Shown one piece after another: positions 35,659 to 45,355 of a DNA stretch of 64,000 nucleotides; within the stretch, counting starts at the first letter, position 1, and each line of letters opens with the position of its first letter. The notes under the pieces were generated by a model. The model did not search any database. It was not told the DNA's origin and was given only the letters and a program-made list of their open reading frames with translations. Both the position numbers and the translations under genes were made by a program. Source of the DNA: a virus (Duplodnaviria; Caudoviricetes). The stretch lies in the IMG/VR virus record IMGVR_UViG_3300021376_000006. The stretch is one strand, 5' to 3'.

Positions 35659-36027
35659 TTACCAAGATGAATTGTAAAAAACTTTAAGTCCAGTAAAAAG
35701 CTCTGCGCGAGCTTTGCGTATAAATTCTAAATCTTGTTCGCGATAATAATCATCGCTATCACTACCAAAGAAAAAACCAGAAGTAGATGGGAGCTTGACA
35801 TTTTTAACATCCTCCTCTAAACGTTCTAGATCTTCCCATGAGAGTTCTAATTCTATACCGTTGAACATAGGATCTGCGCTAGGTTCAGTATTTCTACTGC
35901 GCCATAACTGCTCCATCCAACCATGCAGATTGGGATGTTTACGCCAGTAGGCAATTTCTCGTTGTGCTCCTGTACCCCACTCTTCGTTAGCTTTAGCAGC
36001 AGCGTAAGCGTACATATCTAAACCCAT
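35659..36027 (-). CDS. hypothetical phage protein
   Basis: MGLDMY...YWRKHPNLHGWM...YNSSW. Confidence 0.7.
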   Translation of the reverse strand: MGLDMYAYAAAKANEEWGTGAQREIAYWRKHPNLHGWMEQLWRSRNTEPSADPMFNGIELELSWEDLERLEEDVKNVKLPSTSGFFFGSDSDDYYREQDLEFIRKARAELFTGLKVFYNSSW

Positions 36028-36078
36028 TTACGTCTCCAAAAATTACAAAGTTAAGTTATTATACCCAATAATGGTATT

Positions 36079-36366
36079 TTAGTCAACTCGTTCTCGTGAT
36101 TTGAGTTTGACCACAGTTAATTTAGTATTTTTACCAACCGGCGGTGGATCGTTTAGTTTATCACCAAATTCGCGTCCAACATAGTATTCGCACAAACGAT
36201 GACGGCACATGGTAGGCACATCTTCGAATCCTGGATCTAGTAAAAATTGATAGGGACTACGACCCCAAGTTGAATTTTTGAGAAAGTTAAAATATGCTCT
36301 GCGATGATCCTTGTTAGACGGATCAAATACTGTGGCGGGTCTACAATTTAACAATAATTTGTTCAC
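36079..36366 (-). CDS. hypothetical phage protein
   Basis: VFDPSNKDHRRAY...WGRSP. Confidence 0.6.
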   Translation of the reverse strand: MNKLLLNCRPATVFDPSNKDHRRAYFNFLKNSTWGRSPYQFLLDPGFEDVPTMCRHRLCEYYVGREFGDKLNDPPPVGKNTKLTVVKLKSRERVD

Positions 36367-36398
36367 TGTATATCCTAGAAAAAGTTAATAAGGTGTTT

Positions 36399-36437
36399 AT
36401 AGTAACACATAAAAAAAGCCCTGTCAACCAGGGCTTT
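36399..36437 (-). terminator. terminator whose loop overlaps the -35 of a sigma70 promoter
   Basis: AAAGCCCTG-GTTGA-CAGGGCTTTTTTT; TTGACA-N17-TACTAT. Confidence 0.7.
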
Positions 36438-36464
36438 GAATCTTGCTATTTGAGCAACTAGTGT

Positions 36465-36683
36465 TTACTTTTTAGCAACAGTTTGCTTGGGTATAAAGCT
36501 GGTTGCTGATTCAGCAACAGTTTTGGTAATATCAGTTGTCACTGCTACTACAGTTTTGGTCCATGTGGCCTGAGCATCTACCAAAGTTTCAAACCCGGAA
36601 CGAATTTCTTCGTTTGGAATATGAGAAAAAACAGCTTTGGTTTGTTTGGCCGCATTGTCTACTAGAGTTTCAACATTGTACAT
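36465..36683 (-). CDS. small helical phasin-like protein
   Basis: amphipathic Ala/Thr/Lys-rich helices; family call tentative. Confidence 0.4.
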   Translation of the reverse strand: MYNVETLVDNAAKQTKAVFSHIPNEEIRSGFETLVDAQATWTKTVVAVTTDITKTVAESATSFIPKQTVAKK

Positions 36684-36816
36684 TACTATCTCCTATAATT
36701 AATGTATGGTTACTATACTATAATTTATGCGGTGGTGCAACATAAAATATGCTCATTTAATGATTTTGTTTCACCTTTTTGTAAACTAAATATTTTTAAT
36801 TTTCAAGGAGATCCAA

Positions 36817-37200
36817 ATGGAATTAATTATTCTATCAGTAGTAGTAATTGGTGTTTTAGGTTTGTTTTTATGGCGGGATCGTAAATTTGAAGAAAATGGC
36901 TCACATCCATTGGACGGTGCCACAAAATCAAACGAACCGTGGCCGTTTCCAACAGCTCGTCCGACCGAGCTAACAACAAAACCAGATGGAATCGGACACG
37001 AAAGCGATCCTACATCAACCAACATTCTTGATGTAAACAAGGATGGAAAAGTTGATATCAAGGATGCAGTAGCAGCAGCTGAGATTGTGGTTGAAAAAAC
37101 CAAAAAAACAGCAGCTAAAACCAAAGCGGTGGCAAAAGCCACTGCGACCAAAGTAAAGACTGCTGCTAAAAAAACAGCCGCAAAAAAACCTAAAAAGTAA
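36817..37200 (+). CDS. membrane-anchored protein with EF-hand-like loop and Lys/Ala-rich tail
   Basis: N-terminal TM, DVNKDGKVDIKD, KKTAAK repeats. Confidence 0.7.
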   Translation: MELIILSVVVIGVLGLFLWRDRKFEENGSHPLDGATKSNEPWPFPTARPTELTTKPDGIGHESDPTSTNILDVNKDGKVDIKDAVAAAEIVVEKTKKTAAKTKAVAKATATKVKTAAKKTAAKKPKK

Positions 37201-37202
37201 TA

Positions 37203-38288
37203 ATGCTTTACTCAAGCGTCGGAGTCTATTACGACTCCGACTCTGTTCGATACCATTTTTCTCAATTTAAACAATTGAAACCATTGCAGGATTGTGTAAG
37301 TTATAACAATCTCGACGAATTTCTATGTTCTCAGTGTACAATCAAAATAGCCGGTTTGCATGTTCCTTATCCTTTTCATAAAAATTTCGAGACTCAAGTT
37401 GAAAAATTAAGTGCTGAATCCGATCACGTCTTTATAATTGCAACTGAGTTGCACCCTGAAATTGCTGCATTTATTCAAACAACTGACCACAAAAATATAA
37501 CCTATTATATCTGCGGATTTTTAAATTTTGAGTTGCATCATGCACAAGTTAAACAGTTTATGGATTGGTTCGAGACCAGCACATACTTTTATAAGCACTG
37601 GTTACCAGAGATTTTATCAAGACTGCACCCATACCAGTTCAAATATAGAGCCTTTGATATTTTACTAGGACGTAAAAAACTACATAGAGACGAACTGTTT
37701 AGGCATTACCAACTACGACCCAGCATTGGAATAGTTACTTACTTTAATGATCACAATACTCAATTGGGGGACAATCCAGATCAATGGATTTGGGAACATA
37801 CTGGAGTAAAAATTGATCAAAAACCTGAATGGACAGTTGATCCTGTAAACTATTACGGTCATCAAATGGGTTTAAGTCAAATTATTCCTATAAATGTTTA
37901 TAATCAAACTGCATATAGTGTAGTAGCAGAAACATGCTTTCATGACAACTTTGCTTTTTTTACAGAAAAAACCAGCAAACCTATAATAGGTCGAAGATTA
38001 TTTGTTATGTTTGCAGGAAGAAATTATATGGCTAACCTACGCCGCTTAGGGTTTAAAACATTTGATAGTGTCATTGACGAAAGCTACGATCAAGAATATG
38101 ATGCCTTGGTTAGATGGAGAATGGCTTGGGAACAAATGGTATGGCTTGCTGATCAACCACAAGATCAAATACTAGAACAAATACGCCCAATTGTGGAACA
38201 TAATTTTCAACATTTAATGACTACAAATTGGGCAGACAATTTTAGACAGGAGTTAGAGCAAGACTTTGCTCGTGTAACTGCTGGCTAG
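37203..38288 (+). CDS. glycosyltransferase-like jumbo-phage protein
   Basis: SVVAET...FFTEKTSKPI...LGFKTFD..IDESYD; fold assignment tentative. Confidence 0.55.
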   Translation: MLYSSVGVYYDSDSVRYHFSQFKQLKPLQDCVSYNNLDEFLCSQCTIKIAGLHVPYPFHKNFETQVEKLSAESDHVFIIATELHPEIAAFIQTTDHKNITYYICGFLNFELHHAQVKQFMDWFETSTYFYKHWLPEILSRLHPYQFKYRAFDILLGRKKLHRDELFRHYQLRPSIGIVTYFNDHNTQLGDNPDQWIWEHTGVKIDQKPEWTVDPVNYYGHQMGLSQIIPINVYNQTAYSVVAETCFHDNFAFFTEKTSKPIIGRRLFVMFAGRNYMANLRRLGFKTFDSVIDESYDQEYDALVRWRMAWEQMVWLADQPQDQILEQIRPIVEHNFQHLMTTNWADNFRQELEQDFARVTAG

Positions 38289-39267
38289 CCAGATTTTTAC
38301 CTTTGGCCTCAACCATGATATCAGCCCAATCGCTGTGCTCTAATGCCCACTTGTTGCATGCTTGGTTCCAAGCAAAATCACTGTGCGCTCGCAGTTTTTG
38401 TTTCTTGTACCCTGCTGCTAAGAGAGCGGCAAGATCAGGGCGTACATGTGGGTCATGATCCACCAACACATCTTCCCGGCTAATACTGTAATGAACAACA
38501 GGGCGAATACCACGCCAGCTGTCGCAAATCCTCTTGATACGATCGTCTCTATGGTCAATGTATTCTCCGGTGGCAATCCAATGATGGTGTAGGTCTAACA
38601 CCAAAGCGACGTCTGCAGCCAATTCGAGGCTGGCTTCAAGCCCCCAGGACATTTCATCGTTTTCGATTGTGATGCAGTTTCTTGCTTCGGGACTGAGTCT
38701 GCTGAGCGCCGCACGGATTCCGGCTGGACCGCGTTTACCCGAGATGTGGACATTGATCTTAAAGTCCTGGAACGAAGCGCCATAGCCCATCCATCTTGCC
38801 ATATCTGCATGATATTCAAACTCCTCTATACTTCTCGTTACAATGTTGTCGTTTTCGCTGGCCAACACACAGAATTGTCCAGGATGGAAACTGAGCCTTA
38901 CATCTAATCGGCGTGCAGTTTTGCCAATTGGCGCGAATATCTTTTCTAAATGTAGTTGTACATCTGCCTGTTGCCACCAAGCTTTCCAATCTTTTTCTGT
39001 ATAACCTTGCAACATTTCACTACCTAATCGAACCATTCTACGCTCGGCAGGTAGAGTGGCCACACGTTCAATCATTTTAACCGCAGCAGCAGCATTGTGA
39101 TTCATAATGTCCCATTGGCGCTGCTCGGCCTCGCCAGGATGTTCACGCAACCAACGCATGGTAGTGCTACGCCCGTTGAGATCTCGGTCCTTGGCATTTA
39201 CCTTCATGCCGCCACACTCGCTGGGGTCATTCAACCATTTGCAGGCAAAGCCAATACGTTTGATCAT
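38242..39267 (-). CDS. uvsE: UV damage endonuclease
   Basis: RIGFAC, RLSFHPGQF, INVH, ITIENDE, LDLHHH, AHSD, DIMVEAKGKN. Confidence 0.92.
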   Translation of the reverse strand: MIKRIGFACKWLNDPSECGGMKVNAKDRDLNGRSTTMRWLREHPGEAEQRQWDIMNHNAAAAVKMIERVATLPAERRMVRLGSEMLQGYTEKDWKAWWQQADVQLHLEKIFAPIGKTARRLDVRLSFHPGQFCVLASENDNIVTRSIEEFEYHADMARWMGYGASFQDFKINVHISGKRGPAGIRAALSRLSPEARNCITIENDEMSWGLEASLELAADVALVLDLHHHWIATGEYIDHRDDRIKRICDSWRGIRPVVHYSISREDVLVDHDPHVRPDLAALLAAGYKKQKLRAHSDFAWNQACNKWALEHSDWADIMVEAKGKNLASQQLHEQSLALTPV

Positions 39268-39524
39268 GAATTCCTTATTACATACATGGTTAGTCCTGCG
39301 TCTCTATCTACTATAACACAATCGTTAGGATATTTACGATATATTTCTTTTAATTCACTGGTGTATTTGTTTTTTGCTTTTTTGATCACTGATTCAATCA
39401 CTACCATTTTGTTTGCCAATTTGGTCACGCGACCCAGCATAAGTTTGTTTGACTGTGGATAAGCAACATAATCATTGATAGTTATTTCTTTCCCAAGAGC
39501 GTCATTATGCATATCAATTTCCAA
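39264..39524 (-). CDS. small SH3-like hypothetical protein
   Basis: DALGKEITINDYVAY...GRVTKL. Confidence 0.55.
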   Translation of the reverse strand: MEIDMHNDALGKEITINDYVAYPQSNKLMLGRVTKLANKMVVIESVIKKAKNKYTSELKEIYRKYPNDCVIVDRDAGLTMYVIRNS

Positions 39525-39702
39525 TTTTATTATAACATTCTAAACAAACAGCATTTTGCGGTCCGCCCATTCCGCGAATCATTCGTCTACACTCTTGACA
39601 ACAAATTACAGCCGCAGAATAGATGTATCCCTTTTTGCATTCATATAAGGGTTCCCATGCGCCATCGGGTGTTTGATTGTATCCCAAGATTTCTTCATTC
39701 AT
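39514..39702 (-). CDS. small CxxC...CxxC protein
   Basis: CQEC, CLEC. Confidence 0.5.
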   Translation of the reverse strand: MNEEILGYNQTPDGAWEPLYECKKGYIYSAAVICCQECRRMIRGMGGPQNAVCLECYNKIGN

Positions 39703-39732
39703 GGTATAATAATAGCAGTTATTGAATTAAAG

Positions 39733-40050
39733 TCAATTACACATCATGGCAATATGTGTTGCAAACACCGCATGTTTCTCTCGAATCCGAATGGTCAATC
39801 GATTGTCTCTGACATCGGTGTTACCCATATACCATGCCCAATCCCAACCTTGACGTCCAATCCATTCTTCCATAAACGGACGATAATGATCATTTGGATC
39901 AGCACTCTCTATTTGGATCCATGTGGCTCCAACGTCGTACCACCTAGCATCACTGTATCCAACTGCCACATTGCCCTTGGGCCACTTGACACTTATTTCC
40001 ACGTAAGGTATAAAATGCCACCAAATTTTTTCAATTAAAGGAACAATCAT
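39733..40050 (-). CDS. hypothetical protein related to the F-x-L-R-W family
   Basis: W.EEWIGRQGWDWAW; ATGA coupling. Confidence 0.55.
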   Translation of the reverse strand: MIVPLIEKIWWHFIPYVEISVKWPKGNVAVGYSDARWYDVGATWIQIESADPNDHYRPFMEEWIGRQGWDWAWYMGNTDVRDNRLTIRIREKHAVFATHIAMMCN

Positions 40051-40322
40051 GCGAACCTTAAGGCAAATTCAGTAGCAATCTTTTCGTCTTTGAAAATAAA
40101 CAGAGTATCCTGGTCCTCTAGCTGGTCACTGTCCCCCAAACTGTAACAGTTGTAATATAACCAGTCGTCGCCGTTAAGCCAATGATTGATCTCTCCGTCC
40201 TTGCCTCCATATCGTACAGATCCTGTACCGGCATTAGCTTTAAGCCAAGTTTCTATTTCATCATGCTGCTTGCTCATTTTTTTGTATGGTACTTTTACTT
40301 TACTTGGCATTATCCGCCCCAC
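40047..40322 (-). CDS. F-x-L-R-W family protein
   Basis: FIFKDEKIATEFALRF. Confidence 0.6.
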   Translation of the reverse strand: MGRIMPSKVKVPYKKMSKQHDEIETWLKANAGTGSVRYGGKDGEINHWLNGDDWLYYNCYSLGDSDQLEDQDTLFIFKDEKIATEFALRFA

Positions 40323-40531
40323 CTTAACAAAAACAGCGTTGCATCTTGTTCTCGTTTAAAAACAAAATATAGTCCATTGTTCCTCCAAGAACCTCGTTCA
40401 AAGTTGTCAATACAATAGGCTTCAAGACGACAGGCTTGTTCCCAGGCATCCGGTTCAGGCAACATTCTGAATTGATGCGGCCAATGGCGTTTGTTATAGG
40501 TTGCATGATAATTCATCATAGTATCCTTCAA
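40310..40531 (-). CDS. F-x-L-R-W family protein
   Basis: FVFKREQDATLFLLRW. Confidence 0.6.
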   Translation of the reverse strand: MKDTMMNYHATYNKRHWPHQFRMLPEPDAWEQACRLEAYCIDNFERGSWRNNGLYFVFKREQDATLFLLRWGG

Positions 40532-40886
40532 CTACCACCCATCCTAGCTTTTTAAAATCTTCATGAATTTCATCAGTTATGTAACTTTCGTTTACGAATC
40601 CATTAAATTTACTTTCCTCATCAGGAAGCCCTCTGATACCCGAACAGTACCAATCCATGTAATTACCTTCACAACGAAGGTCCGCTACTAATCCGCCGGC
40701 ACTACGCCAGGAGCAGGACCATGTTTCATCTTTGAGGACAGGCATGAGTTCCAGTTTTTTAAATGCATTGTTACATAGTGCAGCATAGACATTTTGTGCA
40801 TAAGATTCCGACGCTCTTACTTTGTCAACGAACCATCTCGCATCTTTCATGTCGCGTTCTAAATTGTGCTCCATTAGGCGTCCCAT
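40494..40886 (-). CDS. hypothetical phage protein
   Basis: YAQNVYAALCNN...WSCSWRSAGG...YMDWYCSG. Confidence 0.65.
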   Translation of the reverse strand: MGRLMEHNLERDMKDARWFVDKVRASESYAQNVYAALCNNAFKKLELMPVLKDETWSCSWRSAGGLVADLRCEGNYMDWYCSGIRGLPDEESKFNGFVNESYITDEIHEDFKKLGWVVVEGYYDELSCNL

Positions 40887-41113
40887 CTCAACAAGAAATT
40901 ACTAGCGTCTGCTACGTCGTCAATGACTACCACCATGCCTTGCTGATGCGTTCTGCCCTTGGGTAAACATTCGTCCATCCAGGCATAAATTTCTTTTTGG
41001 TTATCAGTCCACCAACGGTAATCTGCAATAATGATATAATGATGCGGCATGTCATCATCAAACGGCCCTGTTGCAATAAATCTACCTTTGTCAGAAGGAA
41101 AAACTACGCTCAC
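40874..41113 (-). CDS. F-x-L-R-W family protein
   Basis: DASNFLLRW. Confidence 0.6.
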   Translation of the reverse strand: MSVVFPSDKGRFIATGPFDDDMPHHYIIIADYRWWTDNQKEIYAWMDECLPKGRTHQQGMVVVIDDVADASNFLLRWDA

Positions 41114-41295
41114 GGTTTTTTAATTTTTAACAAACAAAATGATTTGAATTTTTTCTCTGCCCAAATTTCACGGTTTTTCATACATTCTTCATAAGTGGCA
41201 TATTCTTTGGTGTATACAAATTTTATCTTTTCTTCAGGCTCAAGCCATAACTGAACGCTTAGTAGCCAAACCGTAATAATTTCCATTTTAGTCAC
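41110..41295 (-). CDS. Cys-x15-Cys mini-protein
   Basis: WLLSV hydrophobic start, YATYEEC-x15-C. Confidence 0.6.
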   Translation of the reverse strand: MTKMEIITVWLLSVQLWLEPEEKIKFVYTKEYATYEECMKNREIWAEKKFKSFCLLKIKKP

Positions 41296-41545
41296 TCCTT
41301 AATATTTCAAAAGTCCATTCAGGACCGGTAAAATCAACATCAAACCATAAATGATTGTCTTGATCTAGCCAAACTGTAAAACCTTTCATGGAAAAAAAGT
41401 CAACTGCCAGTTGTTTAAATTTAATTTCATTAAAGTCAGGGATAAGTGTTTTTTGCTTTTTCTGTATTTTGTGAAGTTCGTTAATATAATTTTCCATTAC
41501 ATGATCACTGAACCATACGGGTCCATCTCTAAAACGAAATTTCAT
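41288..41545 (-). CDS. hypothetical protein
   Basis: coupled ORF ending WTFEILR. Confidence 0.5.
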   Translation of the reverse strand: MKFRFRDGPVWFSDHVMENYINELHKIQKKQKTLIPDFNEIKFKQLAVDFFSMKGFTVWLDQDNHLWFDVDFTGPEWTFEILRSD

Positions 41546-41546
41546 A

Positions 41547-41768
41547 TTAACCCCACCGCAACAAAAACATTGTTAATTCTGCTTCATTTCTAAATCTAAA
41601 CTGATCGAAACTTCTACGAGCACCGCATCTGTTATTCATACACCATTCTTGTATGGGGTCAAGATCCGACTCTCTGAGACCTGTTTGAGTGATTGGTCCG
41701 TGATCGTACGATAGCCTAGCATATATTATCAACGAGTGTTTGGTATCTCTTTCCCATACTATTTTCAT
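41547..41768 (-). CDS. F-x-L-R-W family protein
   Basis: FRFRNEAELTMFLLRW. Confidence 0.6.
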   Translation of the reverse strand: MKIVWERDTKHSLIIYARLSYDHGPITQTGLRESDLDPIQEWCMNNRCGARRSFDQFRFRNEAELTMFLLRWG

Positions 41769-41775
41769 GTGATCA

Positions 41776-42114
41776 CTACACGATTTTTTTTGCTCTATCG
41801 CTGTACAATGTTACACCACGACCTCTAACCAGTTCTGCTGCTTTCTGCGGACAACTTTTAAACAACAATTCTAGAGCTTCTTTTGTAATATCTGCTTCGC
41901 AATCAACTGCATACAGTTCATAATGTCGTTGCTGATTGAATCTGGCTCTCAGCAACATATTCTGTATGATTTGATTTACAGGATTGCGAGCAGGTTCTTG
42001 GTTGTTTAGAATCCTGAAGGTGTTCTCAACATCCCACTGTTCGTATTCGGTAATAGGGACCACGCTCTCGAGTCCTTCTTCACACCAATAAACTAGATAT
42101 GCATTAGTAGTCAT
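41776..42114 (-). CDS. hypothetical phage protein
   Basis: YWCEEGLE...LRARFNQQRHYELY. Confidence 0.65.
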   Translation of the reverse strand: MTTNAYLVYWCEEGLESVVPITEYEQWDVENTFRILNNQEPARNPVNQIIQNMLLRARFNQQRHYELYAVDCEADITKEALELLFKSCPQKAAELVRGRGVTLYSDRAKKIV

Positions 42115-42288
42115 AGAAATTTCATTCTGAAAAATGTTTGCCTATGCTTCGGTATCAAAATCTAGCCTAGTGTCATTGACCTATTTATTAATCCTGGTGT
42201 CAAATCCAGAATACTTACGAGCACGAAATCCGTAATTTTCTCTTAACCGCCAATGCATACCAGCCGACAGTCTGTGTTCTACACGAAT
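42115..42288 (-). pseudogene. possible decayed F-x-L-R-W-family ORF
   Basis: IRVEHRLSAGMHWRLRENYGF...NK*VNDTRLDFDTEA*ANIF with two in-frame TAG. Confidence 0.3.
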
Positions 42289-42367
42289 TTAAGTAAGTAT
42301 TTTGTTCTATTCAGAATTGGATAGTACTAGAGTCATACTGCATTATAACAGCATATTTAGATTTGTG

Positions 42368-42823
42368 TCAAGGTTCGTATAACCAACCCAAATTCTCCAA
42401 ACGGTGTATCCAGGTGAATATGGGCGTAGTAAACGGCAACTCCCAACGTCCGTTCCAACCCAGATATGTTGCTGATTCTATAACAGGCTTTTTGTCTGGG
42501 TAATCTCTGGGATATTTTGGACGGTAATTTCCGGTCCATTTGAATCTATCCAAACTTAAATTTTCAAATTTTACTTCATGAATTTCTATAGCCATATCTA
42601 GATTTTTTTCTAGAACGCAATCATTATAATCTTTATTATCAAATTCTATCCAAAAAACATGTGAACCGTTTTTTAAATTTTGATTAACTTTTATAACTAA
42701 GATATCCGTCAGTTCTACTGTGTCAATTGTTTGTGAATCTACTCCGTAGGTGATAACAGGTTTAGTTCGCCACCAACGCGGAACTACAGTTATTTCTACG
42801 TCAAGATTGAATTGTGTATCCAT
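42368..42823 (-). CDS. hypothetical protein coupled to the radical SAM gene
   Basis: YLGWNG.W.L.F.TPIFTWIH; overlaps the rSAM stop. Confidence 0.65.
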   Translation of the reverse strand: MDTQFNLDVEITVVPRWWRTKPVITYGVDSQTIDTVELTDILVIKVNQNLKNGSHVFWIEFDNKDYNDCVLEKNLDMAIEIHEVKFENLSLDRFKWTGNYRPKYPRDYPDKKPVIESATYLGWNGRWELPFTTPIFTWIHRLENLGWLYEP

Positions 42824-44093
42824 GTTGTAAAAAAAGTTCTTGATACTCAGGATAAATTTCTAAGGCGTTTAAATTATGTACTGTATCCCACCGCGTCATC
42901 CATGCTACTAATTCTCTTAATTTATTTGTATCAGTTTGAGCTTGATTGTCAATGAAATTAATCATGGTATCGCATTCCCTAATTAATTGTAAGCTTAGTC
43001 TTGAAGTATCTCTACCAACACTCAACGTGTTAAAATCTACAGAACTGTTTTGTTGAATAAATTCTTTTAATGTTACAAAATTTTGTCTGAATTTCTGACG
43101 CACTTCATATGGAAGCACGTCAATCGCTAGATACGATGGTTGCCGTAACGGATTGCTTTGAATACTGATGTTGAAATCAAACGCACGTTTTATAAGTTTA
43201 TGATAGGTGTTTATACTTAACAATTGCGGGACACTTCTTAAAACTAGTGAAAAGTTTTCATTTTGTAAACTGTTAAGATATTCTATATTCTTCCAGACCT
43301 GTTCTGTGTCACTACCTTGTCTGATATAGTGATTGTTAGATTCTGTCGACTCCACGCTGACTTCTATGTCAACTCTTTTAAATTTTTGTAAGTTATCTAA
43401 CAAATCGTGATTTATAACTGTGGCATTGGTTACAAAACTGAGGCTTAAATGAGTCAGTTTGTTTTTAACCAACCAATCAATAAATTCTATAAATCTTTTA
43501 TTAATAGTCGGTTCGCCGCCCATTACATGTATTCTATGCAATTTAGAGACTGATTGCACGTTTTCAAGGAATTGTTGATAACACTGGTTGTCGTTAGTCC
43601 AATTTGCTTTGTGCTGAAACGGAATTTTCCATTTGGTATAATGCGAAGCAATTTTGCTACTTGCATCGGGACCGCACATTTTGCATGCTAGATTACATTC
43701 ATTACCAAAATCAATATGCCAATCAATTGGTAACTTATCACTGTCAGATTTGAAATTTTTTTTCCATGGACTCTGGTCAAAACTTTTTTCAAATGCATGT
43801 TCTGTGAATATAGCTACTTTATAATTTTCTTTTATTCTACGACTTTGATGTCCGTATAATTCTTCATGATAACATCCAATACACTCAGGTAATGGTTCGT
43901 TACCTAGAATTCGTTCTCTAAAGTTTTGCATGGTATTGCTGTTATACCATGTGATAAGATTAGTATTTTGAATATTGTATTTTGTGCCTTGTGCTTTTTG
44001 GGATTCTGAACAACAAACACCGTAAGTGCCGTCCCAATACAAATGAGTGTTATGCCATGGCACTGCACAAAAAATTTTTTGATTGGCCATCAA
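42801..44093 (-). CDS. radical SAM protein with N-terminal SPASM/twitch-like domain
   Basis: GVCC, ECIGC, CNLACKMC, MGGEP, FVTN. Confidence 0.85.
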   Translation of the reverse strand: MMANQKIFCAVPWHNTHLYWDGTYGVCCSESQKAQGTKYNIQNTNLITWYNSNTMQNFRERILGNEPLPECIGCYHEELYGHQSRRIKENYKVAIFTEHAFEKSFDQSPWKKNFKSDSDKLPIDWHIDFGNECNLACKMCGPDASSKIASHYTKWKIPFQHKANWTNDNQCYQQFLENVQSVSKLHRIHVMGGEPTINKRFIEFIDWLVKNKLTHLSLSFVTNATVINHDLLDNLQKFKRVDIEVSVESTESNNHYIRQGSDTEQVWKNIEYLNSLQNENFSLVLRSVPQLLSINTYHKLIKRAFDFNISIQSNPLRQPSYLAIDVLPYEVRQKFRQNFVTLKEFIQQNSSVDFNTLSVGRDTSRLSLQLIRECDTMINFIDNQAQTDTNKLRELVAWMTRWDTVHNLNALEIYPEYQELFLQHGYTIQS

Positions 44094-45355
44094 TCAATTA
44101 TGCCAAAATTAGCCCAGTTGGCTCCGCCAAGACAAATCCAGCCTAGTGGTCCACCTGGATTGGGATTGGTGTTCCAGACCACATGACAGCGTTCACTGAC
44201 AAAATTTGGCGGAGTATTTGAAGTGGTGAATTGCATTTGACCTATTTTGAGATTGTCAATTTGCACCGATCCATCTTCACATAAAACTATATTATCTTTG
44301 CTATTGGCAGTCAGTACAAGTTTTTGCTGTCTTGTTGTACCAAGAATCCCTGTGTCTCGAGATTTTTTCTTGGCAACTATTTCAATTTCGTCATCCCAAA
44401 TGCTAAGTGCTGCCGAAGGTTCAATAGTGTTTATTCCAACACGCTTGGGTGTAACATAAAATGTTTGTGCAAGTAGGCTTTCTCCACTTACTTTGAGTTC
44501 TAGTAATTCACCTAATGTTTGTAAATTTGAATTAACGATACTGGATCCCAACATATTATTTTTGGCTATTTCTGTACCATTTAAAGTTATTTTTTCTAAA
44601 TCAAGGCCATCCTGCTTGATTTTATCAAAAATTAAATTACTGTATCCATTAAACAATGTATAATCTAGATTGGTCAAAGTGTTAGAACTTACACTGGACA
44701 CTAGACGTTTAAAAAACTCAGTGTTTTCAGGCACGTCGCCATTTACAATAAATGAACCATTTATTGTCATTGATCCTTGAACTGTGAGATCCTTGGTCAA
44801 CAAATTGTTTTCTATTACGGTACTGTCATCTAGTATTGTTAATGCAACTTGGCTGGCTCGATCATCGATACCAGTGCTACTAAAATTTTCAATAATGCCA
44901 CCGTTGATATTATCGCCGGTAATTTTTAAATTTGATAGTTTGATAGCTTTAGGATCTATACTAGATTCTGGAAAAACAAATTCGGTCATCCTGTCAGCTA
45001 CTAAAGTGCTCACATTATCAGTTATTGCACGTTGAAAGTCAATAGTGGTCAATCTTTGTTGCACTTGTGTTTCTACAAGTTCTCTAGTTTGATTTTGTGC
45101 AGCATCAATAGTTTCATTTATTTTACTGACTATTCTATTTTCTAATCGCTTTGGATCTACTGTGTATTCACTTATTCTTCTCTCAAATGCGCTATTTGCT
45201 GCTTCTTGAATATGTGAAGAGTAGTCGTATGCTGCCAATCTGTTGTTTATGGCCGCGCCAATAGCAGAATCAACCTTAACCAATACATTGGCGGTTATAT
45301 CTGCTACAAGTCCTTCAACAATTTTTGCTAAATGTGTGTTAAGATCCATTATCAA
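44090..45355 (-). CDS. helical N-terminal plus beta-rich C-terminal protein (possible virion/fibre-related)
   Basis: RVGINT..P...LSI, GWICLGG..W..FG. Confidence 0.55.
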   Translation of the reverse strand: MIMDLNTHLAKIVEGLVADITANVLVKVDSAIGAAINNRLAAYDYSSHIQEAANSAFERRISEYTVDPKRLENRIVSKINETIDAAQNQTRELVETQVQQRLTTIDFQRAITDNVSTLVADRMTEFVFPESSIDPKAIKLSNLKITGDNINGGIIENFSSTGIDDRASQVALTILDDSTVIENNLLTKDLTVQGSMTINGSFIVNGDVPENTEFFKRLVSSVSSNTLTNLDYTLFNGYSNLIFDKIKQDGLDLEKITLNGTEIAKNNMLGSSIVNSNLQTLGELLELKVSGESLLAQTFYVTPKRVGINTIEPSAALSIWDDEIEIVAKKKSRDTGILGTTRQQKLVLTANSKDNIVLCEDGSVQIDNLKIGQMQFTTSNTPPNFVSERCHVVWNTNPNPGGPLGWICLGGANWANFGIID

